Below the pieces are notes generated by a model. It was not told where the DNA came from. It did no database searches and saw only the letters and a program-made list of their open reading frames with translations. Of a stretch of 64,000 nucleotides of DNA, positions 1-12,184 are shown one piece after another. A program made the translations under genes and the position numbers. The DNA comes from Mobula hypostoma (lineage: Eukaryota): the NCBI RefSeq assembly GCF_963921235.1, contig NC_086097.1, positions 74,526,001 to 74,590,000 on the forward strand. The letters are read 5' to 3'. Numbering within the stretch: the first letter of the stretch is position 1; every line of letters starts with the position of its first letter.

Positions 1-1076
1 ATCACCCTGGAGCCATGTCTCTGTGATCCCAACTATATCATAATCATTAATAACAATCTGCACTTTCAATTCATCCACCTTATTACGAATGCTCCTTGCA
101 TTGACACATAAAGCCTTCAGGCACTCTTTTACAACTCTCTTAGCCCTTTTTAATGCTTGCCCTGGATTTGTCGGCCTGCCACTTTTACTTTTCCCCTTTG
201 TACTTTTTGCTTCTACGCTCACTTTACACCCCTCTGTCTCTCTGCACTGGTTCCCATCCCTCTGTTGTGAACTAACCTCCTCACACCTAGCCGCTTTAAT
301 TTGATTCCCACCCCCCAACCATTCTAGTTTAAAGTCACCTCAGTAGCCCCCGCTAATCTCCCTGCCAGGATATTGGTCCCCCGAGGATTTAAGTGTAACC
401 CGTCCTTTTTGTACAGGTCACACCTGCGCCAAAAGAGGTCCCAATGATCCAAAAACTTGAATCCCTGCCCCCTGCTCCAATCCCTCAGCCACGCATTTAT
501 CCTCCACCTCATCGCATTCCTACTCTCACTGTCGCGTGGCACAGGCAGTAATCCCGAGATTACTACCTTTGCGGTCCTTTTTCTCAACTCCCTTCCTAGC
601 TCCCTATATTCTTCTTTCAGGACCTCATCCCTTTTCCTACCTATGTCATTGGTACCTATATGTACCAGGACCTCTGGCTCTTCACCCTCCCACTTCAGGA
701 TATCTTGGACACGATCAGAAATATCCCGGACCCTGGCACCAGGGAGGCAAACTACCATCCGAGTCTCTGGACTGCGTCCACAGAATCGCCTATCTGACCC
801 CCTTACTATCGAGTCCCCTATCACAACTGCCCTCCTCTTCCTTGCCCTACCCTTCTGAGCTACAGGGCCAGACTCTGTGCCGGAGGCAGGGCCACTGTCG
901 CTTCCCCCGGGTAAGCTGTCCCCCCCAACAGTACTCAAACAGGAGTACCTGTTGTTAAGGGGCACAGCCGCCGGGGTACTCCCCATCACCTTCCTTTTCC
1001 CCTTCCCCCTCCTAACCGTGACCCACTTGTCTGCCTCCCGTGGCCCCGGCGTGACCACCTGCCTTCCACTCCTCTC
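1..1076 (-). mobile_element. Young CR1 LINE, 5'-truncated: ORF1 SGNH/GDSL esterase domain and start of ORF2 (APE endonuclease); continues off the left edge
   Basis: ORF 324..1229 contains AVVIGDSIVRG, CLPGA, VLVHIGTND and DGLHLN (SGNH blocks). Reverse translation of 1-120 gives LKALCVNARSIRNKVDELKVQIVINDYDIVGITETWLQGD, the APE N-terminus. Confidence 0.92.
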
Positions 1077-1452
1077 AGGAGCTGCCAAACGTTCCTCATA
1101 CGGTAACACTTTATTTCCTGGAATCACTCTCATGAATCTTCTCTGAACCCTCTCCAATGTCAATATATCCTTTCTAAAATAAGGAGCCCAAAACTGCACA
1201 CAATACTCCAAGTGTGGTCTCAATATCATTATAGAGCCTCAACATCACATCCCTGCTCTTATATTCTATACCTCTAGAAATGAATGCCAATATTGCATTC
1301 GCCTTCTTCACCACCGACTCAACCTGGAGGATATCCCAAGTCCCTTTGCGTCTCTGCATTTTGAATTCTCTCCCCATCAAATAATAGTCTGCCCATTTAT
1401 TTCTTCCACCAAAGTGCATGACCATTCACTTTCCAACATTGTATTTCATTGT
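1077..1452 (-). mobile_element. Older CR1 ORF2 C-terminal fragment abutting the younger CR1
   Basis: MHFGGRNKWADYYL, VKKANAILAFISRGIEYKSRDVMLRLY, RPHLEYCVQFWAPY and TLERVQRRF, with frameshifts. Confidence 0.9.
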
Positions 1453-3462
1453 ATTCCAGAAGATTCGTTTCTTACTCAAAGTAAGTTATTTCCTAAGGTA
1501 TATAGATCTACCATGTACAATTAGAATAAGATTGTTGTTTATGTTTCCATTTTCTAATCAATTGGTAATAAACTAAGATGAACAAAGATTCTTTTCTTCA
1601 TCATCATATTACTTTTCTGATATACTTAGTATGAAAGTAAAAGTCAACTGTCAAAAGCACAGTAAAACAGCAATACTGATATTTTCATGCAATTTATATG
1701 CACAAGTTTTTTTTTTAATTTATCACGGTACATCTTTGCTTAAGCATAACAAAACTATATTTTCTGTTATCAATATCAAATTACCCAAGTAAGACTTGCA
1801 ATGGGTCTCTATTTAAAAAGGAAACTACCATCACAGGTTCTAAATAGTATTGTTAAATTAATGAACAAATATAATCGACTTTTACACATCAGTGAGAAAC
1901 AAACTAAGGAAGAGTACACTAAACTGAACGACCCAAGGGGCTTTTACAAGGTCGATGTTTTATCATGCCATAGTTCTTCCTCAGTCCCTAACTCTAGTAA
2001 CCATCAGTTCAAATCTAAGATACAGCTCACATATCCAGAGCCTAGTCATGCAGAAGCACAATGTAGTATGCTGCCTGGGGTTTAATTTCTTTTTACTATA
2101 GTTAATTTGCTGCCAGATGCAATAAACAAGTTATGGCCTCTGGGAAATCGCAGCTCACTCATTATCTGAATTACACTGTTAGCTTTTTATCCCAACTGAA
2201 CTTCAGTACAATCTGTGAGCTTTATGATTGGCAGGTGAGGCTCTTTGAATACTTGTCTTTGTAACAGAATTCATTGTGAATGGGACACAACTGAATGGCA
2301 GGTCCATCTGAGATGGGAACTCATTGGGGAAAGAGGAAGGTGTATCTATTAGGATGTGAAGCAGTCTTGGTACTGAAGGCAAACCTCAGCAGGAGGTAAT
2401 GATTCTCCATGGAGCTACTTCATCAACTTGCCACTGACTTGCAGTGATAAATTTCTACTTATATTCAAAAGTGCCTTCTATTGCACCAAATGCTTCTTTT
2501 TAAAATTGTGGGCACAATATCAAGAGGCAAGTATAAGCAATATCATACACTATTTTGGTATGGGAAGAAATGTTTGCCTCCCAAAGGCTTGATGCTGTGT
2601 ACAAGTAGGTAGTTGGAGAGGATTGGGCAGAAGAGCCAAGTAATATACCTCACCTCTGCCCTAACCCAGTCAGTTTGAACCACGTAACAGTGGAGAATTA
2701 ACATTGCTTTAGATAACTGTTCCTCGTGCATGTCCAGTCATTTTAGTTAATGTCAAATAACTGACAAGGAAACAGAAAAAATACGTGATTTTCAACATTT
2801 TCAATACTCTCAGTATTGAACCTAAAACCAGGAGAAATGTAGATGAAATAAAAATGAATCAGTTTCTGTTCTGCTCCCAAGATATGAACCTACTCTACTG
2901 ATGATATTACATTTTCAATGTTCATTCTTTTTACCCTTGGTATTATATTTATTAGGTTAATTTCAGATAGCGTCTATAGAATCCAAACACAGAGAAGCTT
3001 TATGAAATACTGAACCTAAATACAATAGTTATTAATCATGTCATGCTTGTACAATTCCATAATAAAACATACACAGCTGAACTTTGGGAAAAATAGCACT
3101 GTTCCTCATTGTTCCCAAATTCACGCAACAATATGTGAATTTATTTTTGTCTTAAAGCTTGACAGTATGGAATTTCTGTCAGAGTACATGCTCCATGCTC
3201 CAATGGTATGAAAGTTATACATCTCAATATGACAGATTACAGAATGAAAATGTTATATTGAACTGAGTGGCAGGATCTTTAATGAAGCTTAGGAAAAAAT
3301 CATAAAGCCATAAAACTTATACAATAAACAAAAGAAAACAGCTATGTGAAGTTTAATTTTATTCTTTGTTGGTGTCAGCAAGTTCTCTTTGGAGTATCAC
3401 GTATGATTCTATCACTAACTTCACCATCCGCCTCTCCCTCCCCACTCCCATTTCGCCTTTTG

Positions 3463-3692
3463 TGAAGCACCTTCAATTACTCCAAAAGACTGAGGTTTGG
3501 TAAAATACTGAAAGGCTTTTATTCGCTGTACAATACAACCTCCACGGTGAGTGTCTGCCCCTGGACTGAGGGGGAGGGACAAGGCGAAACACCTTTATAC
3601 AGGACTCTGTGGGAGGAGCCACAGGGGCAGTCAGCAGAGGGGTGTGTCCAGACAGTTAACCCAGTTACAACACATATATATGGTTTACCACA
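3463..3692 (-). mobile_element. Solo LTR (230 bp)
   Basis: TG...CA termini and an identical 5-bp TSD TTTTG at 3458-3462 and 3693-3697. The minus strand shows TATAAA (~3594-3599) upstream of AATAAA (~3518-3523). Confidence 0.8.
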
Positions 3693-4511
3693 TTTTGCAA
3701 TTGAAAGTACACAGCAACGTGCATGCAAGATAATCTTACTGAGGTGCAGTCAGTCTTTTAACCCTTTCCTTGCTTCCAATGTTCCCACCGTGCTTGTAGT
3801 CCTGACATATTAAGAGCTCCTTAGTTTGTCAGATGTGAAGGTTGGATCCAACCCTTGGTCCTGGAATGCCACAGGTTTCTTCCACAAACTAATTACCCTC
3901 CTTGTTAAATATTTACTTTGCAGGCAATGTTTTTGGGTAACAGAGACTGTTGCAGCACACACTTTAAATGTAAATGGAGAACATAAATTATATCAAATAT
4001 GTAACTACAGCAATGACACTCATGTAAAGTGATGCAAGTATTTGCAGTACAAGTAGAGACCATTAAAATAGCTGAGCAGGCTATTGTTGGTGTTTGATGA
4101 TAGCTCTCTACCCATGTATTGAGCAAACAGGATCCCTTGAAATGTTCTCTACAGAGCCAATTATTTCACCCAGATTTTGGTTACCCAGCTCACCACTGCT
4201 GCCTGATTCAGAATCCATCAATTTATTTTGTTTGGGAATTATCCCAGAAAAGGCCTTATCAATAATGTACCATATGGAAGACTATGATGAGTGACACTAG
4301 CTGTGAATCCATTAGTTTTATAACAGCCAACTTAACTGCCTTGCAGGAACAGCTAGGTGGACTGAATCTACTACCTATAAAGCAAAACCTTTTCATCAAA
4401 ATGACATGTCCTTTAGAATGTAAATAAAACATACTTCTATATTTTCTATTTTTCCAGGATGCCATACCAGAGCAGTGAATTTTGTACTTCATGCTACTGG
4501 CCTCTTAGATA

Positions 4512-5336
4512 CTGTAGATTTCAGTTAATTGGGACACTTCAGGACCAGTACATTTTGGCCCAATTAAGCAGCTGACCTATTAGCCAAAGCTACAGGAAAA
4601 TAGTTAAAAAGGCACAAAAAAGATAAATTCCAATTTAACTAAGTAAATAATTATGTATCTAAATGAAATGCAGAACAAATTAGAATACTACACTACTATA
4701 AAACTGTGTAATATTTCCTAATGGTTTTCGATGGAGGAATTCATCCAGTGTACTCTGCCATGTTCTTTTGATTGACTGTAAGTGAACGAAATCAGCGCAG
4801 ACATCAGGTGCAGATAATGGACTGCCTTCATACAATGCTATTGATGATTGAATCCTCCAAATCTTCATTTTCATTGTAACATTCAAGATGATTGTTGATA
4901 CCTTCAAATTCTTCATAGTTCCTAATTTTGTGAGGTAGTGAAGTGTTTCATTTTCACTCCTGGCTGTTTCTGACATCTTCAAGCCTGATTGCTTGGAACC
5001 ACAGTGAGTAAAACAGTTCTGGATTGTCTTACTACTTATTGCTCACTGGCTATCAGTGACAAAAATCACTGCTTTTTGAGCAGAAACACACACAAATGGC
5101 ACTATTTAAAAACTGTTCGCTCTTAGCATGGTCTGGTGTCTAATGGCCACACAGTACACACGATTGATGTTAGTTAGACACTGTTCAGCAACAGCCTCTT
5201 GTTCCAATTAAACAGCATAGTATCCCGAATAAACGCAGGAAATCCCAGCAATTTTCTCGATTAGATTTTGTTAAGCGCTGTCCCAAATAAGCAGCTGCCC
5301 TAATTAGCTGATGGCTCAATTAACTGGAAGCCACTG
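4512..5336 (-). mobile_element. pogo/Tigger-type (Tc1/mariner superfamily) internally deleted DNA transposon
   Basis: TA flanks at 4510-11 and 5337-38. Imperfect ~24-bp TIRs (CTGTAGATTTCAGTTAATTGGG versus the reverse complement CAGTGGCTTCCAGTTAATTGAG). The minus-strand remnant contains WQSTLDEFLH, resembling a pogo transposase C-terminus. Confidence 0.75.
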
Positions 5337-5409
5337 TATTAAATAGTTGCTCACAGTTCTTCATCTTGCTTCCTGGAAACCCACAGCTGTGGTTGTTGTG
5401 GTTCATACT

Positions 5410-7165
5410 GCAATACTGCATGATACAGGCCCTTGGCCAACCAGATCATGCCAACTACAGTGCCCATCTAGCTAGTCCGAAGTTCCTGCATTTGGCTCAA
5501 ATCCCTACGCCTTCCTACTTCACATATCTTTCCAAGAGTTTCTTAAATGATACTATTTTACCTGCTTCAACCACTTCTTCTGGAAACTCATTCCATATAC
5601 TCGCCTCTCTCTGTATGATAAAATTGCTCCTCACCCTAAATCTATGCCCCCTGGTTTTGGATTCCCTACTCTAGGGAAAAGACTTACCATCCACCTTATC
5701 TATGCCTATCATAATTTCAAGCACTTCTATAAGTTCGCATCTCATTCTCCTACGTTCTAAAGACCTAACTTTACCAACCCCTCCCTATAACTCAGGCCTT
5801 CTAGTACCAGCGACATCCTTGTAAAACTTTGCTGCACTCTTTCCAGTTTAAGCACACCTTTCCTATAAAACAATAACTAAAACTGTACATATTACTCAAA
5901 GTGCAGCCTCACCAATGACTTATATATAATATCCGTAATATAAGATCCAACTGCTATACTCAGAGTCCAGACAAATGAAGTCCTGGATGCTAAACACTTT
6001 TTTCACCACCCAGTCCACCTGTGATACTGCTTTCAATGAGCTATGCACTTGTACTCCCTGTTCCATTACATGCCTGAGTGCCCTGAGATTCATAGTTTTA
6101 GCCCTACACTAGTTTAACTTTCCAAAATGCAACACTTCACACTTAATTGTACTGAAATCCCTTTGCCACACCTCAGCCCTATTCCCAAACTGACCAAGAT
6201 TCCCTTGTAATCTATGATAACCTTCTTCACATTCACTTATTAAATTCATATCATTCACAAACTTACTGACCAAGCCTTGTGTATTCACATCCAAATCATT
6301 TATATAAATAACAAATAACAAGGATCCCAAAACTGATTCCTGAGGCACATCACTAGTCACTGGCCTGCATTCTGAGAAACAACCTTCAACCATTACCTTC
6401 TGCTTCCTACTTTCATGCCAATTGTGAATCAGTTTTACTAGCTCTCTCTGGGTTTCGTGGAATCTAACCTTCCAGACCAGTCTACTGCGTAGGACCTTGT
6501 CAAAGGCTGGACTAAAGCCCAAAGAGACAACATCTGCTGCCCTACCCTCACATATTGTACCTTTTTGGTTACTTCTCAAAAAAAACTCTAAAAGCTTCAT
6601 CAAGCTCAAATTCCCATGCACAAAGCCAAACTGATTCCTCCTAATGAGATTCCATCTATCCAAATGGTGGAAGACCCTGTCCCTCAGAATTCCCTCCAGC
6701 AACTTCCCCACTACTGATGACAAGCTGACTGGTCTGTAGTTTCCTGGATTATTCTTGCTACAACATTAGCCACCTTCCAGTCTTCAGGAACTTCACTTGT
6801 GGCTATTTGTGAAGCAATATCTCCACAAGGGCCTCCACAATTTCCTCTCTAGCTTCCCACAAAGACCAAGGATGCACTCGGTCAAGTCCTGGGGATTTAT
6901 CCACCTTAATGCGCTGTGAGGCTGCAAATACAGTACCTCCTCCCTATTAATATAAATGTCTTCAAAACATCTCCATTTGTTTCCCCTTATCTCGAGCAAT
7001 CATGATTTTCTCCTCATTAAGGTGAAATATTCACTAAAAATCCACACAACTCCTGCTGAGAGGACCTATTTCACCCCAACTCTTATTTTTGCTATTCAAC
7101 CTCTGAGGATTTCTTTAATCTACCTACCAGATCCACCTCATACCCTTTCTTTGCACTCCTAATTT
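5410..7165 (-). mobile_element. Decayed CR1 LINE (RT domain and 3' end)
   Basis: ORF 6109..6723 has SVVGKLLEGIL, QFGF, AFDKV, VPQESVLGSLLFVIYINDLD and KCEVLHFG. Confidence 0.9.
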
Positions 7166-7384
7166 CCCTCTTATGAATGCACAGTTTAAATAATAATGAC
7201 AAATTACTTGAAAATTTTACCCTGGCTTATAAGTAACTTAGTGGAATTGAAACCTGGGTTGAGAAAGTTCACTGGGAATTCCAAGATGTGTCAATTTTCT
7301 CTGTCCAATACATCAGGTTTTAGTAAATCATAGAATCGTCATAATTATTTTTAAAGTAATTCTTTTTTAATGTCATTTTTTTTA

Positions 7385-8470
7385 CTAAATTGTTCTAAAT
7401 AAACAAATAAATGATTGAAATGTGATGAACAGATAAAATCAACATATTTTGCCATATATAATCAAATTAAACATTTACATGCATGAGGTGCTTCAAGCTA
7501 TCAACATTCTAAAATGGTGTTAAATAAAATGCTAATGAATGTGTAATCTATTAATTACCTACTTGAGTCAGATTTATACATAACTAGCAAACTCAGAGAA
7601 AAAACATATTAAAAGGCTAATTAACCAACAACTATTTCATTCAAATATCCTTTCAAAACTATTCAGAAACTTAAATATTTTTCTTCAAAATAATATTTCC
7701 ATGTATAATCAAAGTAAACTATGGAAACAACATCTGCCACACTGGTGGATAACATTTAAGGCACTGCAGACCACTCCAAACATTCCTGTTTCAAACGTCC
7801 CAATGGACACATATAAACAGAAGAACATATTTGATCTACTTTTCTTTCTATATGCAACTGACTGAGGAAAAAATTAATCCCACTAAATCAAATGCAATTA
7901 AATGCAATTCAAATTCAAATATCTAAGATGAGCCTGTGACATTGTAAACCAAACAATTAATTCAATCATTTGTCCATAGACTGGGTTTCAGTCTGTTTAT
8001 GCCACTACAAAAATACTTCAGGGTCACTTTCTGAAGATTTCTATTGAACTCTATAAAAGCCATTTTCTCTTTAACCCCATTTATTAAGAATCATATAAAT
8101 AATCAAAAAAATTTCGAAACTGAATGACATTTTACTTTGTTGTACAAGAGAAGGAAAGTATCATCAATTATTTTCTGTGAATTACCACCAGAAGAAGAAA
8201 AAAAAAACTGTAGGTATTTTGGAATTTAAAACACAAGACATTTCACAATATTTGCTGAGATGACTTTCTGGCTGGTAACCATAGCATCATATGCAATCAA
8301 AATTTAATGTTGTTCATCCTCAATAAACTTTTGTATTAAATTATTGTAAAACAAATGATTGAAATGTGATATTACTTCTGAATAAGCTGTTTTTTCCATA
8401 CATAAAACATTTACATGCATGAATTGCTTCAAGCTATCTGTATACTATAATAGTGTAAAACAAAATACTA
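7385..8470 (+). repeat. Diverged direct repeat, ~140-bp copies at ~7385-7535 and ~8330-8470
   Basis: Shared blocks AAATGATTGAAATGTGAT, AAACATTTACATGCATGA and TGCTTCAAGCTATC in the same order about 940 bp apart. Confidence 0.75.
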
Positions 8471-9404
8471 TTTTAATGGTACTGTGCCTGTACTTTTGAT
8501 TAAATTTTAAAGTAGTAAACAGATGCAAATTATAATAAAATCAACAATTCCAATTAGTTTAATATGAAGAAATATATCTTTCCTCAGTCAAAGGACCATG
8601 GTAAAAATAAGTCAGCATGGGTGAGTGGTTATGTGCAAAGACAAACAAAATTCGTGTTTTAATGGGTTTATAGTACACAGTATTTACTACCATGAAGTTA
8701 ACACAAAAAGCTAATGCTGCTGTGAAAAGTTAGGGAAAAGAGATATGTGCAACTAATATTGATCTCCCAGCTACCTTAAGAATCACTATCTTCTTTGACA
8801 GTCTTTCAGGATCAAGAATTACTTGTTTTCTGGTGAATAATGAGACCAATGCAGTAACTTTAGCCTCTTACATAGATGGAATACAAGTTATCTGGCCAAG
8901 CAAAGATATGGGTACGTTGTAAACTTTGTATTGCTCCTCCCCTGTTATTATTCAGGTGTTGTCTGTGCTGCTGATGCATGATGCAATAGTATGAGACAAT
9001 TATCAAAGACAGTACTGGGCCAATGACAGATGCTCAAGAACCTCAGCGGATGACAAAAATACTAACAAAATCATTTACTTGGTTTTGTTTTTGCTTGGAG
9101 CATTACTGTTTAAACTGTTGTGTCATGTAAAGTTTAAAAGTTATGTAAATATTACACAGAATTTTAGTCACTGCTGTTCAACCTAAGAATATCAGCCGCT
9201 TTCTGTTGTCACCTCTGCACTCTTTCATCACTGAAAGAGAATTTGCAAACCAATGGTCAATGCTTTTGAATATCTAATAATAGGGACAAAAGAAAACTTA
9301 CTCCCCAAACAACAGGAATTCTGCAGATGCTGGAAATTCAAGCAACACACATCAAAGTTGCTGGTGAACGCAGCAGGCCAGGCAGCATCTCTAGGAAGAG
9401 GTAC

Positions 9405-9440
9405 AGTCGACGTTTCAGGCCGAGACCCTTCGTCAGGACT
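9405..9440 (-). ncRNA. Minimal type I hammerhead ribozyme motif in the Penelope-like terminal repeat (core intact)
   Basis: Minus strand reads AGTC-CTGACGA-AGG GTCTCGG CCT-GAAAC-GTC-GACT: CUGANGA and GAAA cores, GUC cleavage triplet, stem I AGTC/GACT, stem II AGG/CCT, and a palindromic ACGT stem III typical of PLE hammerheads. Confidence 0.75.
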
Positions 9441-12149
9441 AACTGAAGGAAGAGTGAGTAAGGGATTTGAAAGTGGGAGGGGGAGGGGGAGATCGAAAAT
9501 GATAGGAGAAGACAGGAGGGGGAGGGATGGAGCCAAGAGCTGGACAGGTGATAGGCAAAAGGGATACAAGAGGATCATGGGACAGGAGGTCTGGGAAGAA
9601 AGACAAGGAGTGGGGGGGAGGGGCACCCAGAGGATGGGCAAGGGGTATATTCAGAGGGACAGCGGAAGAAGGAGAGTGAGAGAAAGAATGTGTGTATAAA
9701 AATAAATAACGGATGGGGTACAAGGGGGAGGTGGGGCATTAGTGGAAGTTAGAGAAGTCGATGTTCATGCCATCAGGTTGGAGGCTACCCAGACAGAATA
9801 TAAGGTGTTGTTCCTCCAACCTGAGTGTGGCTTCATCTTTACAGTAGAGGAGGCCGTGGATAGACATGTCAGAATGGGAATGGGATGTGGAATTAAAATG
9901 TGTGGTCACTGGGAGATCTTGCTTTCTCTGGCGGACAGAGCGTAGGTGTTCAGCAAAGTGGTCTCCCAGTCTGTGTCGGGTCTCGCCAATATATAGAAGG
10001 CCACATCGGGAGCACCGGATGCAGTATATCACCCCAGCCGACTCACAGGTGAAGTGTCGCCTCACCTGGAAGGACTGTCTGGGGCCCTGAATGGTGGTAA
10101 GGGAGGAAGTGTAAGGGCATGTGTAGCACTTGTTCTGCTTACAAGGGTAAGTGCCAGGAGGGAGATAGTGGGGAGGGATGGGGGTGACGAATGGACAAGG
10201 GAGTCGCATAGGGAGCGATCCCTGTGGAAAGCAGAGAGAGGCGGGGAGGGAAAGATGTGCTTATTGGCGTGATCCTGTTGGAGGTGGTGGAAGTTACAGA
10301 GAATAATATGTTGGACCCGGAGTCTGGTGGGGTGGTAGGTGAGGACCAGGGGGACCCTATTCCTAGTGGGGTGGTGGGAGGATGGAATGAGAGCAGATGT
10401 ATGTGAAATGGGGGAGATGTGTTTGAGAGCAGAGTTGATAGTGGAGGAAGGGAAGCCCCTTTCTTTAAAAAAGGAGGACATCTCCCTCGTCCTGGAATGA
10501 AAAGCCTCATCCTGAGAGCAGATACGGCGGAGACGGAGGAATTGCGAGAAGGGGATGGCATTTTTGCAAGAGACAGGGTGAGAAGAGGAATAGTCCAGAT
10601 AGCCGTCTAGCGGAATTAGTCCTTACTCTTAATAATTTCTCCTTTGGCTCCTCCCACTTCCTCCAAACTAAAGGTGTAGCTATGGGCACCCGTATGGGTC
10701 CTAGCTATGCCTGTCTTTTTGTTGGCTTTGTGGAACAATCTATGTTCTGTGCCTATTCTGGTATCTGTCCCCCACTTTTCCTTTGCTACATCGACGACTG
10801 CATTGGCGCTGCTTCCTGCACGCATGCTGAGCTCGTTGACTTTATTAACTTTGCCTCCAACTTTCACCCTACCCTCAAGTTTACCTGGTCCATTTCTGAC
10901 ACCTCCCTCCCCATTCTAGATCTTTATGTCTCTGTCTCTGGAGACAGCTTATCCACTGATGTCTACTATAAGCCTTCTGACTCTCACAGCTATCTGGACT
11001 ATTCCTCTTCTCACCCTGTCTCTTGCAAAAATGCCATCCCCTTCTCGCAATTCCTCCGTCTCCGCCACATCTGCTCTCAGGATGAGGCTTTTCATTCCAG
11101 GATGAGGGAGATGTCCTCCTTTTTTAAAGAAAGGGGCTTCCCTTCCTCCACTATCAATTCTGCTCTCAAACGCATCTCCCCCATTTCACATACATCTGTT
11201 CTCATTCCATCCTCCCACCACCCCACTAGGAATAGGGTCCCCCTGGTCCTCACCTACCACCCCACCAGACTCCGGGTCCAACATATTATTCTCCGTAACT
11301 TCCGCCACCTCTAACGGGATCATGCCACTAAGCACATCTTTCCCTCCCTGCCTCTCTCTGCTTTCCACAGGGATCGCTCCCTACGCGACTCCCTCGTCCA
11401 TTCGTCCCCCCCATCCCTCCCCACTGATCTCCCTCCTGGCACTTATCCTTGTAAGCGGAACAAGTGCTACACATGCCCTTACACTTCCTCCCTTACCACC
11501 ATTCAGGGCCCCAGACAGTCCTTCCAGGTGAGGCGACACTTCACCTGTGAGTCGGCTGGGGTGATATACTGCGTCCGGTGCTCCTGATGTGGCCTTCTAT
11601 ATATTGGCGAGACCCGACACAGACTGGGAGACCGCTTTGCTGAACACCTACGCTCTGTCCGCCAGAGAAAGCAGGATCTCCCAGTGGCCACTCATTTTAA
11701 TTCCACATCCCATTCCCATTTTGACATGTCTATCCACGGCCTCCTCTACTGTAAAGATGAAGCCACACTCAGGTTGGAGGAACAACACCTTATATTCCGT
11801 CTGGGTAGCCTCCAACCTGATGGCATGAACATCGACTTCTCTAACTTCCACTAGTGCCCCACCTCCCCCTCGTACCCCATCCGTTATTTATTTTTATTCA
11901 CACATTCTTTCTCTCACTCTCCTTCTTCTCCCTCTGTCTCTCTGACTATACTCCTTGCCCATCCTCTGGGTTTCCCCCCCGCCTTGTCTTTCTCCCCGGA
12001 CCTCCTGTCCCATGATCCTCTCATATCCCCTTTGCCAATCACCTGTCCAGCTCTTGGCTCCATCCTTCTCCCTCCTGTCTTCTCTTATCATTTTGGATCT
12101 CCCCTTCCCCCTCCCACTTTCAAATCTCTTACTCACTCTTCCTTCAGTT

Positions 12150-12184
12150 AGTCCTGATGAAGGGTCTTGGCCAAAACGTCAACT
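12150..12184 (+). ncRNA. Degenerate hammerhead ribozyme motif (second copy)
   Basis: AGTC-CTGATGA-AGGGTCTTGGCC-AAAAC-GTC-AACT. The G of the GAAA core is lost and the first stem I pair is broken. Confidence 0.6.

Noticed and set aside
324..1229. 301-aa ORF as a novel host esterase gene
   Set aside because: It is a chance in-frame join of an old CR1 ORF2 fragment to the ORF1 SGNH domain of a younger CR1; there is no gene context.
7420..7520. C/D-box snoRNA in the direct repeat (GTGATGA)
   Set aside because: No D box (CTGA) at a suitable distance, and the C box is not kept in the second copy.
7735..7750. CTCF site (CCACCAGTGTGGCAG on the minus strand)
   Set aside because: One base too long in the core relative to the consensus.
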